Source: Lachnospiraceae bacterium (GTDB lineage: Bacteria; Bacillota; Clostridia; Lachnospirales; Lachnospiraceae). Taken from it: 64,000 nucleotides of DNA. Shown piece by piece: positions 37,255 to 47,001 of the stretch. Both the position numbers and the translations under genes were made by a program. The stretch covers positions 2,079-66,078 of the forward strand of contig JAFUGT010000014.1 in NCBI GenBank assembly GCA_017469275.1, written 5' to 3'. Under the pieces are notes generated by a model. That model was not told the DNA's origin. It searched no databases and saw only the letters and a list, made by a program, of their open reading frames with translations. Numbering within the stretch: the first letter of the stretch is position 1; every line of letters starts with the position of its first letter.

Positions 37255-37427
37255 TTTTATTCTCCATAAATAGTCATCATTTACTATAATAACCAGTTAC
37301 AATTTATATTATCTTCTCTATCCTACAACTATATTCCTTACTCTTGGCATTATAATTAATCCCAACCAATAATATCTCTCCAACATAATCCTTAAGTATG
37401 GCTGATGTCATACATAAAACACATGGG

Positions 37428-38189
37428 TTATCTTTCCATCAACCACATAAGAATAGACAACACCGTCATCCCGGCAGTTTCTGTCCTTAATATCCTGTGT
37501 CCAAGAGAAATGATGTTGCCACCTAATCCTTTGAGTTTCTCAATCTCAGAAGTTTCGAAGCCGCCTTCAGGTCCTATGAATATTCCAATTGAACCCTTAT
37601 CTGCTGCTTCCTTCAAAATCTTCCTTGAATATTCCATTCCATCAGCGCACTCGTAAGGTATTATAACACATTCCAACGATTTTGCAAACTCCAAAGATTG
37701 TTCAAATTTCATAACTTCTCTCACTTTGGGAATAATACCTCTTTTTGACTGCTTTGCCGCACTTTCAGCTATCAAATTAAGGCGTTCAACCTTTTTAGCC
37801 GCCTTCTTGTCATCAAGCTTAACAACACACCGATTCATCATAACAGGAACTATCTCATATACCCCAAGTTCAACCGCTTTCTGCACGATCTGTTCCATTT
37901 TATCACCCTTAGGATAGCCTTGAAACAAAGTGATTTTTGCCGGAAGTTCCCTGTTATTCCCAAAAATGTCAGTTATCTTCAATCTGACCGCAGAACTGCC
38001 ACAATCATTTCTTTCGCTCCCACAATATTCAACAATAACTGCCTCGTATTCCTTATCGCTGCCATCACTCAACAGAACCTTGTCACCAATCTTCATACGG
38101 AGTACATTGCGAATGTGATTATAGTCATCACCGGCAATTTCTATATAATCGTTATTCAGTTGTTCGTGATCTATAAAAAAACGATACAT
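37428..38189 (-). CDS. rsmE: 16S rRNA (uracil1498-N3)-methyltransferase RsmE (YqeU)
   Basis: N-terminal MYRFFI...HI.NVLR and C-terminal IGPEGGF...E..........LG.RILR.ETA motifs. Confidence 0.9.
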   Translation of the reverse strand: MYRFFIDHEQLNNDYIEIAGDDYNHIRNVLRMKIGDKVLLSDGSDKEYEAVIVEYCGSERNDCGSSAVRLKITDIFGNNRELPAKITLFQGYPKGDKMEQIVQKAVELGVYEIVPVMMNRCVVKLDDKKAAKKVERLNLIAESAAKQSKRGIIPKVREVMKFEQSLEFAKSLECVIIPYECADGMEYSRKILKEAADKGSIGIFIGPEGGFETSEIEKLKGLGGNIISLGHRILRTETAGMTVLSILMWLMER

Positions 38190-38228
38190 ATTACAAACTT
38201 ACTCCTATATTCAATAGATATACCCGGA

Positions 38229-39200
38229 TCATTTAGCCACAAAAGAAACCCATTCTCCCATGTGCTCCACATCAACTATCTCGAAGCCATTATCTACCAG
38301 AGCCTTTCTGACTTCATCTTCCTTGGTATTGATTATTCCTGAGCTAATAAACACCCCGTCATCCTTCATAAACCGTCTGACAACGCCTGACAACGGTATT
38401 ATAACATCGGCAAGTATATTTGCCACAACAATATCGTATTTGCCTGTATCAGCTACAACATCAGCAAATTCTTTATCACCGATTATATTACCCTTGACAA
38501 TCGTATATATACCGTCATCGATATCATTCAACTTAAGGTTATCTATACTCGCTTTAACGGCGAGCTCATCAATATCCACGCCATATATCTTTGATGCACC
38601 AAGCTTAGCAGCAATTATTGATAATATCCCACTGCCGCACCCTGCATCCAGTACTGACGTATCTTTATCCTTTGATATATATTGTTTTAATGCCGATATA
38701 CAAAGTTTGGTTGTCTCGTGCGATCCGGTACCAAATGCTGTTCCGGGGTCGATATTGATAACTATGTCGTTATCATTAACGGCAGCCTTCTCGGTCCATG
38801 TGGGTTGAATTACTATGTTGTCCTCCAGTCTGAATGGATGAAAAAATTCTTTCCAGTTATTCATCCAATCTTTATCTTCAGTCTCACCTATAGAAATCTT
38901 ACCGGTGCCAACCTCCATGTATGCAGACATATCATTAAGCTGCTCCTGAATATAACGACACAAATCCTTAATGTCAATCCCTTTGCTGTCATTTTCATCA
39001 ATATAACACGATACATACGCAACTCCGTCATCAGGCGGCAACTCCGGTAGTATATCTATGAACATAGCCTGCTTGTCCTCTTCCGATAAAGGAATCTTAT
39101 CCTCTACCTCTATTCCTTCAACGCCATACTCACTTAATACGTAACTTAACATATCTGTAGCTGCTGTATTTGTCTCTATCGTAATCTTAGTCCATTTCAT
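38229..39200 (-). CDS. prmA: Ribosomal protein L11 methyltransferase
   Basis: IDPG.AFGTG.H.TT and VLDAGCGSGILSI motifs. It lies downstream of dnaJ as in Bacillus. Confidence 0.9.
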   Translation of the reverse strand: MKWTKITIETNTAATDMLSYVLSEYGVEGIEVEDKIPLSEEDKQAMFIDILPELPPDDGVAYVSCYIDENDSKGIDIKDLCRYIQEQLNDMSAYMEVGTGKISIGETEDKDWMNNWKEFFHPFRLEDNIVIQPTWTEKAAVNDNDIVINIDPGTAFGTGSHETTKLCISALKQYISKDKDTSVLDAGCGSGILSIIAAKLGASKIYGVDIDELAVKASIDNLKLNDIDDGIYTIVKGNIIGDKEFADVVADTGKYDIVVANILADVIIPLSGVVRRFMKDDGVFISSGIINTKEDEVRKALVDNGFEIVDVEHMGEWVSFVAK

Positions 39201-39293
39201 ATCTTTCCTATATCTCCTGTACTATATAACTTCAAAACTGCCATATGCATCATAGCACATGGCAGTTTATTAGTAAACAATTATGCAAATCTA

Positions 39294-40457
39294 TTATTTC
39301 TTTCCAAATCCCTTTTTCTTCTTATGTCCGGAAAAACTGAAATCTCCGGCTGAATCAGTAGACCTTCTTGCAGTTGAGCCTGTAGCCTCTTCAAAGTTAT
39401 TAAGAATATTCTTCTGTTCCTCTGTAAGTTTATCAGGAACCTGCACAACAAGGGTCACATAAAGATCACCTCTTGTATTCTTGTTACGAAGAGTCGGAAC
39501 ACCCTTACCTTTTATCTTAATCTTAGTATCTGTCTGAGTTCCGGGCTTAATATCGTATTCCATAGGACCATCAATTGTATTGATAGTAATTGTTCCACCA
39601 AGAGCTGCCTGAGTAAATGTTATCGGCTCTGTAGAGAACAGGTCATACTCCTGACGCTGGAACTGAGGATGACGATCGACTAATACCGTTACAAGTAAAT
39701 CTCCTCTTTCGCCACCATTAGTTCCCGGTTCACCCTTCTCACGTATACGGATACTCTGTCCGTTATCAATTCCGGCCGGAACTGCCACCTGAATCTTTTT
39801 CTTACTCTTAACATATCCTGTTCCGGAACACTGATTACACTTAAATTTGATAACCTTACCTGTACCTGAACATTCAGGACAAGTCTGTACATTACGGACA
39901 ACTCCGAACAATGACTGTTGTGTAAATACAACCTGGCCTTTACCATTACACTTAGGACAAGTCTCGGGATTGTGTCCCGGCTGAGAACCGGTACCATGAC
40001 AAACCACACACTCATCCTTTAACGGCAATTCCAATTCTTTCTGACATCCGAATACAGCTTCATCAAATTTGACGCGCACACTCGTCTTTATATTAGCACC
40101 TTTAATAGGACCATTTGATTGACGTGACCTTGTTCCTCCAAACATATCCCCGAAGATATCTCCGAAAATATCACTCATATCTGAGAAATCGAATCCGCCA
40201 AATCCGCCACCCATGCCGCTGTTAGGATCAAATGCCGCATGACCGAACTGATCATATTTTGCTCTTGTGTCAGGATCGCTCAAAACCTTATATGCTTCAG
40301 AAGCTTCCTTAAACTTTGCCTCCGCCTCTGCATCTCCCGGGTTCATGTCAGGGTGATACTTTTTAGCTATAGCACGATAAGCCTTTTTCAATTCGGCTTC
40401 GGTTGCATTCTTGGATACTCCAAGCACTTCATAATAATCTCTTTTTGTTTCTGCCAT
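39294..40457 (-). CDS. dnaJ: Molecular chaperone DnaJ
   Basis: J-domain ([10 protein letters not shown]...YHPD), G/F-rich region and four CxxCxGxG zinc motifs. Confidence 0.95.
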   Translation of the reverse strand: MAETKRDYYEVLGVSKNATEAELKKAYRAIAKKYHPDMNPGDAEAEAKFKEASEAYKVLSDPDTRAKYDQFGHAAFDPNSGMGGGFGGFDFSDMSDIFGDIFGDMFGGTRSRQSNGPIKGANIKTSVRVKFDEAVFGCQKELELPLKDECVVCHGTGSQPGHNPETCPKCNGKGQVVFTQQSLFGVVRNVQTCPECSGTGKVIKFKCNQCSGTGYVKSKKKIQVAVPAGIDNGQSIRIREKGEPGTNGGERGDLLVTVLVDRHPQFQRQEYDLFSTEPITFTQAALGGTITINTIDGPMEYDIKPGTQTDTKIKIKGKGVPTLRNKNTRGDLYVTLVVQVPDKLTEEQKNILNNFEEATGSTARRSTDSAGDFSFSGHKKKKGFGKK

Positions 40458-40537
40458 CTTTCCTCACCTATATATATTTATCAAGAGTACCCACGACTTA
40501 ACAAAGCCGTGGGAATATCGCCTAGTAACAGCATGAA

Positions 40538-42388
40538 TTATATCTCTGTATAATCGCCATCAACAACGTCGCCCTCTGCATACTCTGTAGGACCTTCAGC
40601 ACCTGTTCCCGCATTTGCTCCGGGACCGTTCTGCTCATACAGCTTAGCGAACAGATTCTGAGCACTGTTCATAAGTGTCTCTCTCGCATTCTTTAACTGT
40701 TCAACATCATAGTCACTCATATTCTCAGGATCTGTGCTCTCAACAAGACTCTTAAGGGCCGCAAGATCAGCCTCAACCTTAGTCTTATCTTCGCCTGAAA
40801 GCTTATCACCAACATCCTGTAATGCTTTCTCTGTCTGGAATACCATTGCATCAGCATCATTTCTTGCCTCAACAGCCTCTTTACGTTTCTTATCCTGAGC
40901 CTCATACTCTGCAGCTTCCTTAACTGCCTTTTCGATATCATCATCAGACATGTTAGAACCTGCTGTAATTGTGATATGCTGCTCTCTGCCTGTTCCAAGA
41001 TCCTTAGCAGAAACGTTAACGATACCGTTAGCGTCGATATCAAATGTTACCTCAATCTGAGGAACACCACGTCTGGCAGGAGCGATACCATCCAGACGGA
41101 AACGACCAAGCGTCTTATTGTCTCTTGCAAACTGTCTCTCACCCTGTACGATATGGATATCAACCGCATCCTGATTATCCTGAGCTGTAGAGAATATCTG
41201 GCTCTTCTTTGTAGGAATTGTTGTATTTCTATCGATAAGTCTTGTAGCAACACCACCCATGGTTTCAATTGAAAGTGAAAGCGGAGTTACATCAAGAAGA
41301 AGGATTTCACCGGCACCTGCATCTCCGGCAAGCTTACCACCCTGGATAGATGCACCGATCGCAACACACGCATCAGGATTGATTCCCTTGAATGGCACTT
41401 TGCCCGAAAGATTCTTAACCATTCCCTGAACAGCGATAATACGTGTTGAACCACCAACAAGAAGTACCTTGTCAAGCTCTGATGCTGAAAGACCTGCATC
41501 ATTAAGAGCAGTCTTAACAGGCTCTGAAGTCTTCTCTACAAGATGTGCTGTAAGCTCATCGAATTTTGCTCTTGAAAGATCCATATCAAAATGCTTAGGA
41601 CCTTCTGCTGTAGCAGTGATGAAAGGAAGATTGATATTGGTTGTTGTAGAAGAAGAAAGCTCTTTCTTAGCCTTCTCAGCTGCTTCCTTAAGTCTCTGCA
41701 TAGCCATCTTATCTGTTGAAAGATCAACACCCTCTGTTTTCTTGAATTCATCCAACATATACTGTGTAATTACATTATCGAAGTCATCACCACCGAGTTT
41801 GTTATCACCGGCTGTTGCCAAAACTTCGATAACTCCGTCACCAATCTCAATGATAGATACATCAAATGTACCACCACCAAGGTCATAAACCATAATCTTC
41901 TGCTCATTTTCATTATCAAGACCATAAGAAAGAGCCGCTGCCGTAGGCTCGTTGATGATACGTTTTACATCAAGACCTGCGATACGACCTGCATCCTTTG
42001 TTGCCTGTCTCTGTGAATCTGAGAAGTAAGCAGGAACTGTGATAACTGCCTCATCAACCTTCTCACCCAAGTAACTCTCTGCATCTGCTTTCAATTTCTG
42101 AAGCACCATTGCAGAAATCTCCTGAGGTGTATATTTCTTATCATCTATTGATACTTTATAATCAGAACCCATATGTCTCTTGATTGAAGAAATAGTCTTA
42201 TCTGCATTTGTAACAGCCTGACGTTTTGCAGGCTCACCTACAACACGCTCACCTGTCTTTGTAAATGCTACTATAGACGGTGTTGTTCTTGCGCCTTCTG
42301 CATTGTTGATAACAACCGGCTTACCACCTTCCATAACAGCTACACATGAATTAGTTGTACCTAAGTCAATACCAATTATTTTTCCCAT
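40538..42388 (-). CDS. dnaK: Molecular chaperone DnaK (Hsp70)
   Basis: [17 protein letters not shown] and other canonical Hsp70 signatures. Confidence 0.97.
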   Translation of the reverse strand: MGKIIGIDLGTTNSCVAVMEGGKPVVINNAEGARTTPSIVAFTKTGERVVGEPAKRQAVTNADKTISSIKRHMGSDYKVSIDDKKYTPQEISAMVLQKLKADAESYLGEKVDEAVITVPAYFSDSQRQATKDAGRIAGLDVKRIINEPTAAALSYGLDNENEQKIMVYDLGGGTFDVSIIEIGDGVIEVLATAGDNKLGGDDFDNVITQYMLDEFKKTEGVDLSTDKMAMQRLKEAAEKAKKELSSSTTTNINLPFITATAEGPKHFDMDLSRAKFDELTAHLVEKTSEPVKTALNDAGLSASELDKVLLVGGSTRIIAVQGMVKNLSGKVPFKGINPDACVAIGASIQGGKLAGDAGAGEILLLDVTPLSLSIETMGGVATRLIDRNTTIPTKKSQIFSTAQDNQDAVDIHIVQGERQFARDNKTLGRFRLDGIAPARRGVPQIEVTFDIDANGIVNVSAKDLGTGREQHITITAGSNMSDDDIEKAVKEAAEYEAQDKKRKEAVEARNDADAMVFQTEKALQDVGDKLSGEDKTKVEADLAALKSLVESTDPENMSDYDVEQLKNARETLMNSAQNLFAKLYEQNGPGANAGTGAEGPTEYAEGDVVDGDYTEI

Positions 42389-42501
42389 GATTTTAATCCT
42401 CCTATATTGTATTAAATAATACTTTTTACTTGTTAGATTACTCTTAAAAATTAATTATTTCTAAGTTTCTTGTCATTAATAACCAAACCGTTTCTATGAT
42501 T

Positions 42502-43125
42502 CTAGTTTGCCACTTTAACCATGCTGTGTCTGAGCACCTGTTCCTTATACAGATAACCTTTCTGAAGCTCCTCGGCAACCACATTCTCACCAAGTTCCTC
42601 ATCTTCAATATGAAGAACCGCATTGTGATAATCAGGATCAAATGCCTGACCCTCAGCATTCATAGGTGTTACCCCGATTTCTTCCAAGGTAACCATCATC
42701 TGCTTATATATCTTGTCAACACCCTGTTCAAAAGCTCTTTCCTTATCCTCTTCTGGAATAGCCTGCAAAGCTCTCTCAAAGTTGTCAACTACGGGGAGCA
42801 GTTTTTCTAATACTTCTTTCGCTCCCACATCATACATATGCTTTGATTCTTTTTCATTACGATTTCTTGCGTTTTCAAATTCAGCAAGAAGACGCTTGTA
42901 TCTGTCATCCGACTCCTCAAGCTGTTCTTTTAATTTACTGATTTCAAGTTCCAGCGCTTTGTTATTACCACCGCGTCGGTTTCCTTTTTTGCCTTTGACC
43001 GGTTTCTTAGAAGTCTCCTCGGCAGTTTCTTTGGTTTCAACTTCAGTTTCTTCGGTCGTCTCCACTGCTACATCTTCAACGGATTCCTCTGTCGGTTGTC
43101 CGGTCGGCTTATTCTTCTCTGCCAC
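42502..43125 (-). CDS. grpE: Nucleotide exchange factor GrpE
   Basis: RLLAEFENARNR and the C-terminal GYLYKEQVLRHSMVKV motif. Confidence 0.9.
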   Translation of the reverse strand: MAEKNKPTGQPTEESVEDVAVETTEETEVETKETAEETSKKPVKGKKGNRRGGNNKALELEISKLKEQLEESDDRYKRLLAEFENARNRNEKESKHMYDVGAKEVLEKLLPVVDNFERALQAIPEEDKERAFEQGVDKIYKQMMVTLEEIGVTPMNAEGQAFDPDYHNAVLHIEDEELGENVVAEELQKGYLYKEQVLRHSMVKVAN

Positions 43126-43135
43126 TTTCCCACCT

Positions 43136-44167
43136 CTATTCTTTCTTCTTAAATATCTCGTCTAACTCACCTGTAAGATTTTTCAAGGTACTTACGACCT
43201 TCTGATAATCCATTCGCTTCGGTCCTATGATACCTATGGTACCTTTAGCACCCTCAGCAAGTTCATAGGTTGCCGTAACAATACTGCAATCCTTCATCGA
43301 TGACACCGGAGTCTCTTCACCGATGTACACCTGAATGCCTGTATCACTGTCGTTGTGAAGCGTTTCATCTATCAACTCATCAAGTCCCTGACGATCTTCC
43401 AACGCCTCCAATAGCTTAGTAGTCTGCTCAACATTACCAAGTTCGGGATACTTCAGCATATTCGTAGCTCCGTTGGTATAAATCTCAACCTCATCCGCTT
43501 CATGTATCGCCTCGGTTATTCCCTGGAAGATTCCTTCCATCACTTCGGCATATTCGCCGGCCTGATTCTTAATAGTATGAATCATTTCCAGATTGATATC
43601 CTGTAATGATGCTCCCTGAAGAAATGTATTGAGCAAAACATTAAGTTTCAGAATCTCATCATTCTCCATTGGCCTGTCAATCGGAATAAGCTTATTACGA
43701 ATCACATTGTTGTCTACAACTATAACAGCCAACATCTGATTATCATCCACCTGCGACAGTTGTATGAACTTAAGCTTGGAATTCTGATACTGCGGAGCCG
43801 ATACAAGGGCTGCATAATTAGTGTTGTAAGCAAGCACCTTAGCCACCTGCTTGAGCATTGATTCCATCTTGTCAACACGCTCAAGTAACTGTGTCTTCAT
43901 CTCTTCCATCTCAGAGTCTTTCTCGACCATCATCTGATCCACATATAATCGATATCCCTTATCAGTAGGAATTCTTCCTGCAGATGTATATGGCTGTTTG
44001 AGAAAACCCATCTCTTCGAGATCCTGCATCTCATTACGGATTGTCGCAGAAGAAAGGTTCAAATCCGTAAATTTGGAAATGGTTCTCGACCCCACCGGCT
44101 CACCGGTTTCAAGATAATTAGAAATAATCGCCTTGAGAATCTTCAGTTTTCGATCATCTATTTCCAT
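43136..44167 (-). CDS. hrcA: Heat-inducible transcription repressor HrcA
   Basis: N-terminal winged-helix EPVGSRTISK...SSATIRNEM.DLEE.GF. 343 aa. A CIRCE element lies upstream. Confidence 0.92.
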   Translation of the reverse strand: MEIDDRKLKILKAIISNYLETGEPVGSRTISKFTDLNLSSATIRNEMQDLEEMGFLKQPYTSAGRIPTDKGYRLYVDQMMVEKDSEMEEMKTQLLERVDKMESMLKQVAKVLAYNTNYAALVSAPQYQNSKLKFIQLSQVDDNQMLAVIVVDNNVIRNKLIPIDRPMENDEILKLNVLLNTFLQGASLQDINLEMIHTIKNQAGEYAEVMEGIFQGITEAIHEADEVEIYTNGATNMLKYPELGNVEQTTKLLEALEDRQGLDELIDETLHNDSDTGIQVYIGEETPVSSMKDCSIVTATYELAEGAKGTIGIIGPKRMDYQKVVSTLKNLTGELDEIFKKKE

Positions 44168-44198
44168 CTATCAGACCCCTTTCCTGCTATTTTTGTTG

Positions 44199-44225
44199 TT
44201 AGCACTCAATCCATTAGAGTGCTAA
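44199..44225 (-). promoter_or_regulatory. CIRCE operator (HrcA binding site)
   Basis: Perfect TTAGCACTC-N9-GAGTGCTAA at 44199-44225, 31 nt upstream of the hrcA start. Confidence 0.92.
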
Positions 44226-44236
44226 CATCTTTGTAT

Positions 44237-44265
44237 AGAGTACCACCGCTATATAATTTTGTCAA
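44237..44265 (-). promoter_or_regulatory. Candidate sigma-A promoter of the hrcA-grpE-dnaK-dnaJ operon
   Basis: On the minus strand: TTGACA (44265-44260), a 17-nt spacer, then TACTCT (44242-44237) preceded by TGg. CIRCE begins 11 nt downstream. Confidence 0.45.
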
Positions 44266-44366
44266 GGGAAAACTCAAGAAAAATCACAGAAAATTTACAA
44301 TAAAAAATACAGATAATCAAGTTATATTTCTAAATAATTAAATGATTATCTGCATTTAAAATCTTA

Positions 44367-44813
44367 TCATGTTCTCTTAATATATGTCGCACTACATTTC
44401 GGGCATCTGACACTTACTTTGTTCTTGCCCTTGGGAATACGGATTACCTGTTTGCAGGACTTACATACAAAATAAATGTACTCTTTATCTCTGATACTTC
44501 TTATCTTCATATTGATAACAAGTTTGATATAGTCTACAAATCTTACCACATTGCCCATATAACGCATATAGACATCATTTTCCGCCTTGCGCTTCTCCAG
44601 TTTTTTAGAAAAAACTCTCATATAACATAACACTACGAATACGGTTCCTATAAGAACGAACACCCACTTATGGGTGAACAGGGCAATCACCACAAATATG
44701 AATCCTATGAGCATAATAAAGTTATTAAGTTCATCCAATCCGCATCTTCTAGACATCGCATATCGCATGTCCTCTCGGAACATATTAACGTATTTCTTAA
44801 GCATATTAAGCAT
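44367..44813 (-). CDS. Membrane protein with a C-terminal zinc ribbon
   Basis: Two TM helices, then CKSC...(17 aa)...CPKC. No function recognised. Confidence 0.5.
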   Translation of the reverse strand: MLNMLKKYVNMFREDMRYAMSRRCGLDELNNFIMLIGFIFVVIALFTHKWVFVLIGTVFVVLCYMRVFSKKLEKRKAENDVYMRYMGNVVRFVDYIKLVINMKIRSIRDKEYIYFVCKSCKQVIRIPKGKNKVSVRCPKCSATYIKRT

Positions 44814-44944
44814 CGTCTCCTATACACTGCAAAATTATATATTTGAAAGAAAAACTTCAATTTCGTAGTCTACCATAAAAAGAATGATGTGTCAAAAGGA
44901 CATTAATGACAGTGCAAGTTTAATTATCCTCGACGCTTCATCCG

Positions 44945-45154
44945 CTAAAAACAACGGAATATTAAGCATATCATTATCCAATTGATCTTTGCAACCTCGT
45001 GTATCTCAGGATGTTTTGCAAAATCACGTTCATAGGCAGATATAATATCCCTTAAAATACGCTGAATTTCATTAGGATCATGTTCTGTTATCCAGTTTTC
45101 CACAACTTCAGGCATACCACCTGTTACATAATACATTTTCAGTTTCTCATACAA
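44945..45154 (-). pseudogene. Relic of an AAA-ATPase (DUF4143-type) gene
   Basis: YYVTGGMPEVVENW...IQRILRDIISAYERDFAKH matches the middle of ATPase/DUF4143 proteins. No Walker-motif N-domain or C-terminal domain is encoded nearby. Confidence 0.5.
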
Positions 45155-45214
45155 TGGATTATAGAAAGCTTCGTTAAACTCAGGCTAAATATAGACAAGC
45201 AAAACCATTACAAT

Positions 45215-46552
45215 TCATAACATAAACTCAGCCATAATTGTATTACTTACATCAAGTCCCTTATCACTCAAGTGAAGTCTTTCACCATCAACAACAAGGT
45301 ATCCGCTTGAAACATACTTATCGATAACAGCGCCGTACATCTCTCGAATATCCTTACCGAAACGTTTTTCAAATTCACGGCAGTCAATACCTGATATACA
45401 TCTAAGTCCAAGAAACATGAACTCCTCAATCTCATCCTTTTCCTTTTGAACATGTATTGCCGTATAACAGTTATTAATATATTCGGCAATGGATGAAACA
45501 TCTGTCCAACCGGTTCCCAGCTTAGAAAATCTTCCGATATACTCGTCGATATTATCTATACCCTTAAATCTTACCGCAGTTAAATTTCCGGCAACTTCAT
45601 TATCTTCATATAACTTAATATCTTTATCGTCACCATATTCATGTTGCAATTCATATTCGTAATCGTCACCGTACTCATCTTCAATATCAATAAAAGTTGT
45701 ATCATAATCCTTACCAATACTAAGTTTCATATATGATGATGCGCCAAGTCCCACGCCAAGATATTCACCACCTGTCCAATATCTTAAATTGTGCCTGCAC
45801 TCATATCCGGTCCTTGCGTAGTTGGATATCTCATACCTGTTGTATCCCGCCCCACCAAGCAGTAGCTTGGTCCTTGCATATTGCTTTCTATCCATCTCTT
45901 CAGAAGGGAGCTTGGATAGCAAATCCACGTCATCCGCAAGGGGTGTGCCGTCTTCGACAATCAGACTATAGGCAGATATATGCTCCGGAGATAGTTCTAC
46001 CACCTTCCCGAGAGTCTTAACATAGGACTCCATGCTCTCACCCGGAAGTCCGGACATAATATCTATATTAATATTGGAAAAACCCGCCTCTCTTGCCCTG
46101 CTATACGCAGCAATGAACTGGTCGTAGTTGTGAGCTCTTCCGAGTGTCTTCAACATATCATCATTGGTGCTTTGAAGTCCGATGGAAAGTCGGTTTATTC
46201 CTAACTTTCTGTATTCTCCAATTTTATCTGCAGTTAAACTGTCAGGATTACCTTCAATCGTTATCTCAGCGTCTGCTGACACAGTAAATGTTTTCCTGAC
46301 CTTATTAAGAATTTTCCCGATATATTCCGCAGGTATGTAGGAAGGCGTTCCACCACCAACAAAAATCGTGACAACACTATAGTCTTCCGCAATCAAACTG
46401 TATGCACCGATTTCTTTACACAAGGCATCCACGTATTCCCGCTGTCTGATGATATCACATTCCCCAAAAGACAGGAAATCGCAATAAATGCATTTCTTCT
46501 TACAAAAAGGGATATGTATATATATACTTAATTCTCTACTCATACATCTCAT
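45215..46552 (-). CDS. hemW: Radical SAM heme chaperone HemW (HemN-like, oxygen-independent coproporphyrinogen oxidase family)
   Basis: IYIHIPFCKKKCIYCDF radical-SAM motif and a HemN_C domain. The start is ambiguous (ATG at 46552 or 46543; the track gives TTG at 46558). Confidence 0.88.
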   Translation of the reverse strand: MRCMSRELSIYIHIPFCKKKCIYCDFLSFGECDIIRQREYVDALCKEIGAYSLIAEDYSVVTIFVGGGTPSYIPAEYIGKILNKVRKTFTVSADAEITIEGNPDSLTADKIGEYRKLGINRLSIGLQSTNDDMLKTLGRAHNYDQFIAAYSRAREAGFSNINIDIMSGLPGESMESYVKTLGKVVELSPEHISAYSLIVEDGTPLADDVDLLSKLPSEEMDRKQYARTKLLLGGAGYNRYEISNYARTGYECRHNLRYWTGGEYLGVGLGASSYMKLSIGKDYDTTFIDIEDEYGDDYEYELQHEYGDDKDIKLYEDNEVAGNLTAVRFKGIDNIDEYIGRFSKLGTGWTDVSSIAEYINNCYTAIHVQKEKDEIEEFMFLGLRCISGIDCREFEKRFGKDIREMYGAVIDKYVSSGYLVVDGERLHLSDKGLDVSNTIMAEFML

Positions 46553-46566
46553 TACCAAATCATAAC

Positions 46567-46761
46567 TTAAAACTTGTAATCTATTCCTGCCTGTTTCATA
46601 ATTCCATTGGCTGTGTGTCGTGATTTCATCTTTGAATCCACCGTTACCGGTCTGTTCGTAATCGGACTAAACCATATATCATGATCTCCTTTTCAGCGAC
46701 GCAAGAACGAACAGCCATGCATTTTTAATATATCCCGTACCTTCTTCTCGAATTCTGCCAC
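46567..46761 (-). pseudogene. hicA: HicA-family toxin gene with an in-frame TGA
   Basis: My own translation gives (V)AEFEKKVRDILKMHGCSFLRR*KGDHDIWFSPITNRPVTVDSKMKSRHTANGIMKQAGIDYKF, which fits the HicA/YcfA pattern. The TGA is at 46695-46693. The GTG start overlaps the hicB stop by 1 nt. Confidence 0.65.
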
Positions 46762-46976
46762 TATGCATATGCCTCCATATATCTTTCTGCAATAAAGTGA
46801 ATTTTCTCTGCTTGTGCAGCATGATTAAGTTCCAACAATTCAGGAATCGCAAACTTCACCTTTTCTATAAGAGCATCAACAGAACCAGACTCCAAAACAA
46901 GCCCTGGAATATCCTCACTTGTTGCTACACATACTCTCGCTTCTTCATCCCACAAAAACTTAACTATATACTCCAT
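46761..46976 (-). CDS. hicB: HicB-like antitoxin (DUF1902-type)
   Basis: MEYIVKFLWDEEARVCVATSEDIPGLVLESGSVDALIEKVKFAIPELLELN is typical of DUF1902/HicB N-domains. The start is refined to ATG at 46976, after AAGGAGG. Confidence 0.65.
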   Translation of the reverse strand: MEYIVKFLWDEEARVCVATSEDIPGLVLESGSVDALIEKVKFAIPELLELNHAAQAEKIHFIAERYMEAYA

Positions 46977-47001
46977 ATCAAAACCTCCTTGCAAAATCCC
47001 T

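Noticed and set aside
39689-41751. Same-strand alternative-frame ORFs inside dnaJ and dnaK (39689..40015, 40717..41043, 41047..41268, 41287..41502, 41536..41751).
   Set aside because: They are out-of-frame readings within highly conserved chaperone genes. Their Arg/Leu-rich compositions are typical of frame-shifted translations.
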